From Caecitellus pseudoparvulus (Eukaryota; Protista; Bigyra: Bicosoecida), in contig CBFFRQ010000081.1 of assembly GCA_965644315.1 (NCBI GenBank), positions 62,001-126,000 of the forward strand: DNA of 64,000 bases, given 5' to 3'. The notes below the pieces were generated by a model. The model was not told the origin of the DNA. It searched no databases and saw only the letters and a program-made list of their open reading frames with translations. Made by a program: the position numbers and the translations under genes. Position 1 is the stretch's first letter, and each line of letters opens with the position of its first letter. Shown one piece after another: positions 20,598-30,476 of this stretch.

Positions 20598-23468
20598 ATG
20601 GACGCCCAAGGAGGAGCACAGGATGCATTCTACACGCGTCGCTGGGCATTCTGCGGGTGCTCTGAGGATTCACTGGAAAGACATTTGGCATGGCTCTTCC
20701 CCCAAGCTAGCGCTGCTCCCAGTAAGCCCGCATGTGCTTGGCCAATTCGTGGCTCATGGCAGATTGCCACCGCTTCGCTGCTCGTCACAGCTTCTTTCCT
20801 CCTCGGCACCACCCTCCTCAAGGACTCACTGAAAGGAAGGAAGGCCAGCTATGGTTTCGACAAAGTGTCACTCTTGCTGCGCAAGCTTTGGCATCGGAAG
20901 CTGTGGCGCAACTGGATCACACTCCTGGCAGTGGGGCAGATGTGCCTGGCCTTCATCGAGCGGCCCAGTGGCTTCACCCTGCACAGCCACCAAAAAATCT
21001 TCTCTTCCTGGCCGCTGGAGCTCGTCATTTGCTTGTTTTACGTCCTGGACCTGTGGCTCAACGTTGTGCACAGGGGGTGGCGGAAGGCTATCTTCGGATG
21101 GCACAGGGTTGAGGTGGGCATCACGTGTGTCTTCCTCCTGGACATCATCACCAGCGCCAGTGGCTTGATCCCCTTCCAGTTCAGCCGCTTCTTCCGGCCC
21201 CTATTCATCATCTCCAAGCGCAGGCACATCCGTTTCTACTTCAGCAGCATCCTGGCAGCCGTGCCGTCCATGGTGCCGGTCATGATGTTCCTCCTTCTCA
21301 CCATTTTTGTCGGCGCCTTCATGGGCACAGTGCTCTTCTCCTCCAACACTGTCGGAGCCGGCGCACTGGCTAGCTTGAACTCCACACGCATCGACGCACC
21401 CCCGTATTGCTCAGTCTTCACCACCGAGTGCACGGACTACTTCCAGGACGTCTCCATTGCCATGTACACCACCTTCGACCTTACCAAGAAAACGAACTGG
21501 CCCCTCGTCATGCTGCCGCTGCTGGAAATTGCCCCGGCGTCAGGCCTCTTCTTCGTTGCCTTCCAGCTGTTGGCCCATTTCTTCGTCTTTCGCTTGCTTC
21601 TTGCTTCCGCGTTCTCTTCCTTCACCGCTCAGAACAGCGTCAAGTTCCTCGTTAGGCAGCACCTCACCCGCGCAGCGGTGCACCAAGCCTTCACATTGCT
21701 GGCTGATGCGCCAAATGGTATGACTCTCAAAATGTGGCGGAAGGTTGCAGCAGAAGTCGCCCCCTGGCACTCGCAAGATGCGTTGGATGTCCTCTTCATC
21801 ACAGCCCGAGGCCAGCAAGAGCTCCTTCGCGAAGAGGGATTTGCCTTGGCCTCGCGTTTGCTCAGTCTGGGCAGCACGCCCAGCCACATGTATGAAGATG
21901 CCGCTTTGCTCCCTCAAGACATGCAGGGCCGAGCAGCATCCACGGCACAATCCGCAGAAGGTCAGCTGCAGCAGAATCGGACAGGGGGGGACGCTGCGCA
22001 GCCACTCCTCGGGCAGCCGGCCCCTGCTCGTGCACAGAGTCAAGTGGCCCGCTGTCGAGCTCGCCTGCGAGACTTCTGCCAGTGGAAAGCGGTCGTGTGG
22101 GTCCTCGATGCAGCGATCCTGGCCGCGGTCGGCATTGAGCTTGCGCTGACGGCAGCTGTCTTTGACGGCAGCGGGTCAGCAACAGCACTCCGGAACTTGG
22201 TCGTGCTGTCTGACTTGGTTGTCATCGCGTTCCTAGCGGAAGCTATACTGAAAGTGTTCGCGCTTGGACCTACAGCGTACTGGTCGGATGCATGGCACAA
22301 GCTTGACGCGACAGTTGTGCTGGCGTCCACAGCCGCGCTCATCCTGCAGTCTGTCAATGCGCAGCGCTCCGCAAGCATGCTGAAAGTCACCATTCTCCTC
22401 CGTATGGGCCGCCTTCTTCGCGTGCTCCGTGTCCTCAAGCGTTTCGACACTGTACTCATGGCCATCCGGCGCATCTTGCCCATGATCTGGCGCCTTGGCT
22501 GTGTGCTCTTCATTGTGTTGTACACCTGGTCTATCTTGGGCATGGAGGCATTTGCAGGCACTCTGAGCCGGTCAAACACTCGAGTCGTGGCCTCCTCGTA
22601 TGGTGAGCGAGGCTTCTGGGTGCTGAACTTTGACAGCTTCTACTCCGCGTGCATCACCGTCTTCTCGCTCCTGCTGGAGACGCAGAGTCCCATGCTGGCA
22701 GAAGGCGCCATGGCAGCGTACGATTCATGGGGCCCCATGGTGTTCTTCGTCGCGTACACTGTCACCGTCGTTTGGCTTGTCTCCACAGTCATCGTCGCAC
22801 TGATCGTGCAGGGCTTCTCGGCACAGATCGTGGACTTGCAGCTCACCAGTAACGGCGCTGTGCACGTCTGGCGCCTGTTGACAGCCCAAGCGCAGATCAA
22901 ATGGAGCCGAACTGGCTCTCAGCGTCGCATGCGCCAATGGTTGCAGTTCCACCAGCGCGGCAAGCTCATGAACATAAACAACCGCCTGTACGGGCGATCG
23001 GCCATGGTCACCCTGCACGCTTATAAAGGCCACCACGTGCAGGTGCACTGGCCAGACATCGCACAAGCCGACAGTGCTTCACAGCTTGCCCCCCCGAGCA
23101 GTGGAAGCGCTGAAGAAAGAGCCCGGCTGCCGGGACATGGTGTCGAACTCAGCCCATCGCCAGCTGCCAGGAGCACGTCACAGACGTCACGACACGCAAA
23201 CCATGCTTCAGATGCTCCTGACCACCAAGCCGAGCTCGTCGGACTGCGGCATTTGGCCTTGTCAGAGTTTGTCTCCCTTCCTCACTTGTTTGCAGAGGCT
23301 GTTGAGGCGGACGCAGACGGTCCGGAAGCTGCTGCCACCATTCAGCACGTGCAAAGCTTGCTCAACGCAGCATCCAAGCAGCTGCAGCAAGTGCAGCCGC
23401 ACCTCCGCTCCCACATTGAGATGCCACAGAATTTGTACGAACTTGAGCTTCGATCCAGCTTCACTTGA
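20598..23468 (+). CDS. Two-pore channel (TPC)-like 2x6TM cation channel
   Basis: LAFIERPS after S1. S4 segments SRFFRPLFII and LLRMGRLLRVLRVLKRF. Pore helices YFQDVSIAMYTTFDL..NWPLVMLP and LNFDSFYSACITVFSLL; YTWSILGMEAFAG. Confidence 0.85.
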   Translation: MDAQGGAQDAFYTRRWAFCGCSEDSLERHLAWLFPQASAAPSKPACAWPIRGSWQIATASLLVTASFLLGTTLLKDSLKGRKASYGFDKVSLLLRKLWHRKLWRNWITLLAVGQMCLAFIERPSGFTLHSHQKIFSSWPLELVICLFYVLDLWLNVVHRGWRKAIFGWHRVEVGITCVFLLDIITSASGLIPFQFSRFFRPLFIISKRRHIRFYFSSILAAVPSMVPVMMFLLLTIFVGAFMGTVLFSSNTVGAGALASLNSTRIDAPPYCSVFTTECTDYFQDVSIAMYTTFDLTKKTNWPLVMLPLLEIAPASGLFFVAFQLLAHFFVFRLLLASAFSSFTAQNSVKFLVRQHLTRAAVHQAFTLLADAPNGMTLKMWRKVAAEVAPWHSQDALDVLFITARGQQELLREEGFALASRLLSLGSTPSHMYEDAALLPQDMQGRAASTAQSAEGQLQQNRTGGDAAQPLLGQPAPARAQSQVARCRARLRDFCQWKAVVWVLDAAILAAVGIELALTAAVFDGSGSATALRNLVVLSDLVVIAFLAEAILKVFALGPTAYWSDAWHKLDATVVLASTAALILQSVNAQRSASMLKVTILLRMGRLLRVLRVLKRFDTVLMAIRRILPMIWRLGCVLFIVLYTWSILGMEAFAGTLSRSNTRVVASSYGERGFWVLNFDSFYSACITVFSLLLETQSPMLAEGAMAAYDSWGPMVFFVAYTVTVVWLVSTVIVALIVQGFSAQIVDLQLTSNGAVHVWRLLTAQAQIKWSRTGSQRRMRQWLQFHQRGKLMNINNRLYGRSAMVTLHAYKGHHVQVHWPDIAQADSASQLAPPSSGSAEERARLPGHGVELSPSPAARSTSQTSRHANHASDAPDHQAELVGLRHLALSEFVSLPHLFAEAVEADADGPEAAATIQHVQSLLNAASKQLQQVQPHLRSHIEMPQNLYELELRSSFT

Positions 23469-23570
23469 ACAGCGTAACTTTGTCCAAATGTACATGTTTT
23501 TCGCAAGTCCCGGAATGAGTAACTTGCATGTCGAACTTCATATTACCACTTTTGTTCGTTATTCGTAGAA

Positions 23571-23652
23571 GCGCAGATGCCCGAGCGGTCTAAGGGGTTG
23601 TGTTCAGGTCGCAATGTATTCGTACTCGTGGGTTCAAATCCCACTCTGCGCA
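23571..23652 (+). tRNA. tRNA-Leu(CAG), copy 1
   Basis: Acceptor GCGCAGA/TCTGCGC with A73; anticodon arm TTGTG-TTCAGGT-CGCAA; long variable arm GTA-TTCG-TAC; T arm GTGGG-TTCAAAT-CCCAC; followed by a T6 Pol III terminator. Confidence 0.95.
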
Positions 23653-23658
23653 AGCTTC

Positions 23659-23673
23659 TTTTTTCTTCTTTTT
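23659..23673 (+). terminator. RNA polymerase III oligo-T terminator of tRNA-Leu copy 1
   Basis: TTTTTTCTTCTTTTT starts 6 nt after the tRNA 3' end. Confidence 0.75.
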
Positions 23674-26600
23674 CCATGGACAAAGTGGTCGACTGGATCT
23701 GACACCACAAACCGATACCCATTTCCTGAACTACGCAGCCACAGCCACACCAAATCTCAGCCGACGACAAAACCGAAAAGCAACGCAATGACCGAGAAAG
23801 ACACTGCAAGCTCAGAAGGGTGACCTGTCATTCTGCATCGAAACTCAGCCATGACTTCCACTGCCCTCTCAACACCCTCAGCCAAGCACTGCCATGCGCA
23901 TCACTCGTTCAACAACACAAACTGCCAATAAAACCTGCACCCCACAAGCCGCATCGATGTGCAGTGGTGCAGAAAAGCTATCCGACAACAAAACAACACC
24001 AAATGTCGCGCTTGAAGCACACAACAAAGGGCACATTCGATGCGCTCAGCGAGTGGTAATTGCGAACCAAGCGGGCTACAAACCAGTCAATTAATACCTC
24101 TGGCTGATAACGTGATGTGAAAACACGGCCCCGATCACACAGTGCAAGCTCTGCAATTAGCTGTCTACGCCTGAACAGCATCTGACAGAAAGCAAAGATG
24201 TACTGAAGAGAGCTGAGCGCCAAAGGTAGTTCCTTTGACGCTTCCAGGTTGATAGATACACATGTAATCGTGTAACAGCCAAATGAATGATGTTCTGCAA
24301 TGACATCCCGACGGAATTTTTTGTCACAGAAATAGGTAGCGGAATCGCAGGGTAAATATTCCCCGAATCGATACAAATATGGCACAACAAGTCATGATTT
24401 GCCAGCTGAACGCTCCAGAGAGTGACCCTTTGCACACAAAAGAACAATCCTTGCGCAAATAATTTCTCACGGTTCTCGAACAAACATCACTGCTACTCTG
24501 CTCAACGTGCTTCCGATGGCAATGGCATTGTTGAAATCAGTAGACTACCTTGAGGATGTAGGAACAAGCTATTGGTCGCAAGCAACATTTACTCCTTGGG
24601 TTGGATACTAGTCCGGTGCATCTTATCTGTGATGATCTTTTGAAGAGTGTGAAATCATCAATTCTTCCTCAATAAAGTTTCATCAGAAAGCCAGTTAAGA
24701 CTACTTCTTGAAGAATTGGTGAACAACAATCTCAAAAGCGCTGCAACGAACGTTGGAGAATCACACCAGATATAGGGAAAAAGCAATTTGTACGATACAG
24801 AGTTTGGTCAAGAACATGATTTGCTTTTCAACATCACACACAAGGCATTTGGTTGCAAGGAAGAGATTCATCCCTCTACAGTTAGGGAATCACGGCTCAA
24901 GCTGTCTGCGCAGACAGAATTACTCCTTGTTTGACACCACCCGTAGAACTTACATCGTACACAGTACGAATTCTTGTATCAGTGCGCTTGAGAAAGTGAG
25001 AAAATCAGGCAATTCAGAATGAAAGCACTCGATACTTTTCACCAGCAGCGTTATTTTCTTGGCTTTAATCTCCCTGCAAGTTTGTTCATGAAAGCCATGG
25101 ATTCGCAGCATTTTGGAAGCAATCTTGGCTTCTTCTTTCACTGGAACCCGACATTAACTCTATATCAACCCGCCATGCATTCATTGAAGAGGAAGTGGTT
25201 CTCCAAGTTCGGACGATATTCTCGGTTGATTTCTTTAAGAATTATTTGGCTACAGAGTTTGAATCGGGTCAAGTCTAAACCTCAAGCAAGGCATGCAGTG
25301 ATTTTGCTTAACATGGCTCAAGTGGGCCATAACTTCGTGAAGTGGGGTTTGGTTCTTGCCTCTCTGGAAATGCAACAAAGTATTTGAATGAAGAATGCTT
25401 TAGCATGGCATGCATTTAATAACCTGAAGTATTGTTCAAAGTGTAGAGCTTGTCTTGTTGACTTGAAGGAACTGTTCTTTTTGGCATCGTGAGGCGCTTT
25501 CTTTTGCTTGGTCCTTGTTTTAAAAGCTGCACAGGTTGAGGTAGTGAAATGATTTCATTCGACAAGAACCGATCTCGATCTAGGACTGATTCATGCGCAC
25601 TAAGATAGATATCTTTTGATGCACGTTGACCTCTTTAAATCTCTACTTGGTCTTGTTCAACATCAAGATTCCAGTGCAATGTGGAGCAAGGAACAATGCT
25701 TTGGAGTGGATACGATGTGAGATGCATCCACTTGCTTAAATCAAGGATCGCAAGTCTATTCAATGTCGCCTTTACTTGCTGAAAGGTATATTCCCAAGGA
25801 AGTTGAAGGACTGCGAAGGGTTCTCAAGCAAGATCCCGCATACATTCTTAAAGTATGTTTTGGTACAGAGGACATCGAAGGAGTGATTTGCGTCTTACAT
25901 TAGACTTGGTCCGGTTGCGCTTGAACGATTTCTTGGTTTTTCTGTCCTATACCATTCTTTTCTGACTTGTCACATTTAGCAAAGAGTGTAAGGATGTGTA
26001 CGCATGAATCGTCCAAGTTTCACGCATTGTTGGGAGTAGTTGGATGTTTTAGACTTTTTCCGGCTCACTACTTGTCCTTCCCAAGTTTGCAAGAGCATTC
26101 ATGCTTCTGGTTAAGTCGCGTGTTTCGTTTGTTCTCCTTGAGAAAGGAAGAGCATCATACAATACTCCATGTCTTTTCTTCTCGTAAATGCAGAGGGAAG
26201 GGATATCGTCCTCTTTGGGAAATTGTCCAAATGCCGAATCCTTTCAGCCGTTTTGACTCGAAAGATCTCGCTAAATGGATTCATGCTGTGCATTGTTTGC
26301 ATTCAGCGCAACATCAAGTTTCAGGAACGGTTCCTGCACGATGGACTGTCCATGGTCAGTCTGTATCCGCTGTACAGTTTAAACCATTATGTGCAAGTTA
26401 TCATGAAAATGTTTTGCTGGACGTTCCTGCCTTTCTTGGCAGACTGATTGTGTTTGGCTTTTGGCCGCGCATTTGATGACATCAGTGTTGAATTGTTCGT
26501 TTGGGAGTTGCTGCTTTTGGGTGGTATTCTTATGCTGTGTTTTGTTGCCTGCATGCTTTCAGTGTGGTAGAGTGCTAAATGTTGGTGGGAACTGAGATTG

Positions 26601-27414
26601 AGGTGTGTGTCATGGTGATCCCAATAAGTTCAGGATCAACAGATGTCTGTTCTTCCCCGCTTGGTTTCCTAAAGCTTCTTCAATGGACACATTGTTGTGT
26701 TAGAGGTCTTTTGTGGTGTTTGGCTGCAGGCTTTGGGCGTTGTGAAGTTGACATGCGAGGAATTTCTAGGGTTGAACGCATTGGTTTCTGGCATAGCGAA
26801 CGTTCCCATTAGCATGTGCGCTGTTTGACGTTTCAGGTGTTCATCTCTCTGCGCTCTGTCCGAATGGGGGCATTCTTGCATGTGCTTTCGGCGATCAGGC
26901 AGGCACCCTTCGCTGGGGTTTTCACGTTAACGGATGGGTCGACTCACTCAATGTTTCTTGTCGTGAAGACTTGTTCGCACACAAATGATGTAAAAAAAGG
27001 TTGTGGTCTACGTGAAGCAAAATCTTGGGCACTTCTGAAGTATTTCCTTGGGCTGTAACGCAGTGCTAGGTTGCCTTTGGCTGTAGAGGAAGCGAGTCAT
27101 CCAAAATGACGCTGCGTACTTCTGAAAGCCATGTGCGTGTAATATATATGCTGCTTGAGCTTTCGCTTCTGTCTTGCTTCTGTAGCTCAGGGGTAGAGCG
27201 TCGCTTTCATAAGGCGCAGGTCAAGGGTTCGATCCCCTTCAGGAGCACCTTTTTTCACTCACGACATCCGATTTTTGTCCGTTCTTTTGGATGGGAAGCA
27301 AGAATTGACGTTCGCATCCTTTTTTCAGAACTTGTCCGTTCGATGGGGCTTTCTTTTGTGATTCGTGATACTAATTCGCCGTGTGGTTCCTGTTCCAATG
27401 CCAGGCACGGCCAT
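23666..27414. other. Low-GC, apparently non-protein-coding island; candidate centromere/replication origin
   Basis: Sampled core lines are 30-42% GC (25381-25440: 18/60; 24661-24720: 20/60; 25801-25860: 25/60), against roughly 60-70% elsewhere. Only short ORFs with no recognisable motifs. The left arm is C/A-rich and the right arm G/T-rich. Confidence 0.55.
27176..27247 (+). tRNA. Elongator tRNA-Met(CAT)
   Basis: Acceptor GCTTCTG/CAGGAGC with A73; D arm GCTC/GAGC; anticodon loop TTCATAA; T arm AAGGG-TTCGATC-CCCTT. G1:C72 and a TTC T-loop argue against initiator. A T6 terminator follows, and a TATA-like AATATATA lies about 30 nt upstream. Confidence 0.9.
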
Positions 27415-27427
27415 GAAAAAAGAAGCT

Positions 27428-27509
27428 TGCGCAGAGTGGGATTTGAACCCACGAGTACGAATACATTGCGACCTGAACACAACCCCTTAGACCGCTCGGG
27501 CATCTGCGC
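27428..27509 (-). tRNA. tRNA-Leu(CAG), copy 2 (identical to copy 1, inverted)
   Basis: Exact reverse complement of 23571-23652, with an oligo-T terminator on the minus strand (A6 at 27416-27421). Confidence 0.95.
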
Positions 27510-27652
27510 TTCTGGGGATGATGTTAAGTTTTGCATACATAAGAAAGAATGCGTGTTTTGTACGTATGTCCATTGCGCCTGAACTGTCTGAGGTAGGCAT
27601 AGTCTTTCATTTTTGATTTCATGCCATAGGGATTGTTGAGCATGAAGGTAGA

Positions 27653-29200
27653 TTGAGAGTATGCAGAGTAATTATGTCTTTCCTTCACGCAGCGCATTTT
27701 GTGATTGGTTTGCTGCACGCTGCGGAATTCGCTGGTCCTGGTCCGTGTGTGGAGCACTTGTTAGCGCACGCTGAAGAATGTTGTGGAGTGCTCCGACTGC
27801 TTTTCGGGTTGGAGCAGTATAAGAGGCGGTTTGAGTTGGCCTCTTGGGCTTCGTCTCTGATCTCTTCGTTGCGGGGTCGCCTAACTGCGCAGATTTCAGG
27901 CGATGCTCTGCGGAGCGTGGTTGCCGCACATGCTCAAGAGGGCCGCATTGAAAGGTCTCGGAACGGTGACCCCTGGTCGGCTTGCCTCTACATGTGTTAT
28001 ACCGTTGACCAGCTTCCACGGTGCTTGCCAGCGTTGCTGCATTTGCAAGGCGGACGGACAGACAAGGCGTCCACAGTGTTGCAGCTGGCCCTGCTGATGC
28101 TGGGCATCGCAAACACTGACCCTAGTGAGGGGAGCCCCTGGTTTGAGGCATGCACGGTCCAGAAAAGCTTCTGCCAGCCTGTTACTGAACAGCGTGCTCC
28201 TCTGGCACATGTTTTGGTCGTGGCCAAGGTGCCTCGGGCTGGAAAGTGCAAGACCAGGCTGGCAGCGTCTTTGAGCGGGTCGGGCTTCTCCACCCAAGCT
28301 TGCCATACAGCGGCCGAGGCATTTGCTCGAGCAAGCATCCAGGACCTGGTGACGAGGTACGGCAGTTTCGAATGGTGCAGGGCAACGTGGGCGTTCTTGT
28401 CCAGGCTTGATGATGCGAGGCAGCTCAGAGCTGACTTCGACGAAGCCGAGGGAGTGCTTCGCGCCTGTGATCTGCATGTTCCTAGCATCCAACTTTGCGC
28501 TGTTTCGAGTGCTGGGCTCGCGACTTCTCCACAGCCTCGTGACTCCAGACACGAGGCAGGTACTTGTCCAGCACATGGGTGGCAGTGCCGACAGACGAGG
28601 ACACAGTGCAAGAAGATGCACGATGCGCCATTCGCGCTTGGTTCTGTGTTGAGCTGGTTGGTGCCACATGCTTTATTTGTTGCTGATTGCCCCTTCAGGT
28701 CAGTTGTTTTGCTGGGCATGGACTCACCGACCCTCCCTGGCCATGTTGTTGAGCTTGCGGCACGACGAGCCGCCGCTTGTGGCGGCGCTGTCGCTCTGCC
28801 TTCCTCTGATGGTGGATACGTTTGCCTCGCGCTTGGGGCGGCAGCTGTGGTTGCCTGCAGCCACATGTGCCCAGGGGTTGGCGGCAGTCCTCGGCTGCGC
28901 GCAGGTGCGGCTTTCGACGGGGTCGGGCGACACCAAGCGTGGTCGACAGCCCGTGCCTTGGACCACCAGCTTCGCTGTGTCTTGCAGACTGGCCTACCAG
29001 TGTTTTTGCTGAATGAGGAGGGGGAGTTCGCCCAGGTTACCACTCCTTCGCTTGGCAGCATTCCAGCAAGCGGCTTCGTCGATGTCGACGAATTGAAAGA
29101 CTTGCTGTGCATTGTCGATGAAGCTTTGGGCGGTTCGGCGCAGCATGTTGCGCGCTGCCTCCGCTCAGATCCAGTGCTGCAGGCTGCCATCAAAGTATGA
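27653..29200 (+). CDS. DUF2064 / TIGR04282-type glycosyltransferase-like (CofC/GT-A fold) protein with an N-terminal extension; start uncertain (first ATG about 27674)
   Basis: VLVVAKVPRAGKCKTRLAA, VVLLGMDSPTLP, LPSSDGGYVCLAL, AWSTARAL, FVDVDELKDL. Confidence 0.75.
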   Translation: MRVCRVIMSFLHAAHFVIGLLHAAEFAGPGPCVEHLLAHAEECCGVLRLLFGLEQYKRRFELASWASSLISSLRGRLTAQISGDALRSVVAAHAQEGRIERSRNGDPWSACLYMCYTVDQLPRCLPALLHLQGGRTDKASTVLQLALLMLGIANTDPSEGSPWFEACTVQKSFCQPVTEQRAPLAHVLVVAKVPRAGKCKTRLAASLSGSGFSTQACHTAAEAFARASIQDLVTRYGSFEWCRATWAFLSRLDDARQLRADFDEAEGVLRACDLHVPSIQLCAVSSAGLATSPQPRDSRHEAGTCPAHGWQCRQTRTQCKKMHDAPFALGSVLSWLVPHALFVADCPFRSVVLLGMDSPTLPGHVVELAARRAAACGGAVALPSSDGGYVCLALGAAAVVACSHMCPGVGGSPRLRAGAAFDGVGRHQAWSTARALDHQLRCVLQTGLPVFLLNEEGEFAQVTTPSLGSIPASGFVDVDELKDLLCIVDEALGGSAQHVARCLRSDPVLQAAIKV

Positions 29201-29202
29201 GC

Positions 29203-30476
29203 TCAGTACCTGGAGTCGTCCAGAACAGTTTGGATGGTGGGAGGTATGTCCAGCGCAACCCGCAAGGTTCTGTTGGCCCTCTGCGCAGCAGTGAGCGCGT
29301 CAATCCACATGAAGGACAACAGCTCACCGTCATCAAGCTGCAGCTGGTCAGCCAGCAGCTTGTAGGATGCGCCTTCTGCCTGAGTAATGTTGGTCACTTC
29401 GAAGATGGAGGCCTGGTTGTTCTGCGTGATCTCTGTAGCGTCTGCTCTGGCTGCCTGCAAGATGAGCTCTGCCTCATCAGGAGCTCTCGTCACGACACCA
29501 TTGGCGTCAACAGTGGCACGGGCCAGGTTCTCCAAGGCTTGCTGAGCGTCCTCCTGTGCCTGCGCCTGCCGGTTGATGCTAGCTTCCAGGCCGGCTGGGA
29601 AGGTAAAGTTCAGCAACTGAAACGTCTGTGAGGAGCCCTGGAAGTTGATGATGCCCTCGTTGAGTCGGGTCTCCATCTCTGTCGCGACTGCTGTGCGGTT
29701 TGTGATGAATGCGAAGGCTGAGAAGGTGGCCGCTGCATCGCGCACCGCGCTCTTTGCAATGCGAACATAGAGGTCCTGGACCGCTTGCAGCTCTCCAAAG
29801 TTTAGCTGTTGCGTGCAGGGAAAGGGGTGTGCTGTGGTGCGTTGACTCGACGGCGGGAAGGGTCGACACGCACGTAGAGCGACACCAGGTCGGCGATATC
29901 GGAGGTGATGCGGTAAGAGAACGATACGTCCACGGAAATGAACAGCCCATCGGCACTGCGCACTCCCAAGTCTGCCGTTGTAACAGTCTGAAGTGCTTTG
30001 GGGTACTTGAAGAAGGTCTGGCCGACACCTGCAGGAGTGGCGCGATTAGGGGCCGTTGGGCAGCGCTACCGTGGGCGCTGCGGTGGGACACCGTACCCAA
30101 GAAGTATCGACCTGAGGTGTACAGTCTCTGATCATTCAGGGATTGTGCGACGGGGTCGTACTGGATGCCAACCTCGTTGGGCTCCAAGGAGCCGAAGCTG
30201 AGCGGGAAGGTGGAGCACAGATTGCCCCGGTGGGTGAGACAGGCCTCGCCAAGCAAGCTCACCTGATCCCCAGCAGCACAGAGCTCACAATGAGCAGCAC
30301 CACACAAGAGCAGCCTGGGCCAGGGGCGGCGGAGGCGATCGTGCACGCTGATTGAGCAGGGTGTGAAACGTGCGCTCTGAGTACTCACCCGCACAGACAT
30401 ACTTTGGCCTGTCTCGTCGGTCACAGCACGAGAAGCAGTCACAGAAGTCGTCACAGAAGTCTTCACACAAGACCAT
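29203..30476 (-). CDS. SPFH/band-7 domain membrane protein; multi-exon
   Basis: Cys-rich N-terminus (MVLCEDFCDDFCDCFSCC) and TM segment (VVLLIVSSVLLGI), then SFGSLEPNEVGIQYD..LYTSGRYFLGVGQTFFKYP..VRSADGLFISVDVSFSYR..VRDAAATFSAFAFITNR and an alanine-rich coiled coil, joined by GT-AG introns. Confidence 0.75.

Larger units (their letters stand above)
23567..27513. repeat. Perfect 99-bp inverted repeat pair (23567-23665 and 27415-27513) enclosing about 3.75 kb
   Basis: AGAA + 82-nt tRNA-Leu + AGCTTCTTTTTTC is reproduced exactly as its reverse complement. A CATGG then follows both arms, after a short T/C-tract indel. Confidence 0.9.

Noticed and set aside
23598-23614. Reading the tRNA anticodon loop as TCA (Sec/opal suppressor), or the tRNA as a CUG-reassigning Ser tRNA
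   Set aside because: The stem register TTGTG/CGCAA puts CAG at positions 34-36. G37, A73 and the arm lengths are typical of Leu, and CTG codons occupy conserved Leu positions in the proteins.
24902-26353. Short palindromes in the island (16-bp CTGTCTGCGCAGACAG at 24902-24917; 6-7-bp arms at 25545, 26322 and 26341)
   Set aside because: They share no consensus, and several 6-bp-arm palindromes are expected by chance in 3.7 kb. Only the 16-mer is mildly unusual.
23978-27058. Short ORFs in the low-GC island as a transposon, virophage or alternative-genetic-code gene
   Set aside because: No RT, integrase, transposase or capsid motifs were recognised. A hand-translated minus-strand frame over about 25620-25900 contained all three stop codons, and the matching plus frame also had stops. 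A very decayed element cannot be excluded without a search.
23567-27513. Integrative element inserted at a tRNA (attL/attR) or a TIR transposon
   Set aside because: Integration at tRNAs gives direct, usually partial repeats. These are inverted and both complete, with no target-site duplication and no recombinase gene.
27105-27582. ORFs overlapping the tRNA genes (also 23543-23823)
   Set aside because: These are translations of tRNA sequence; both copies yield the same RRVGFEPTSTNTLRPEHNPLDRSGICAS peptide.
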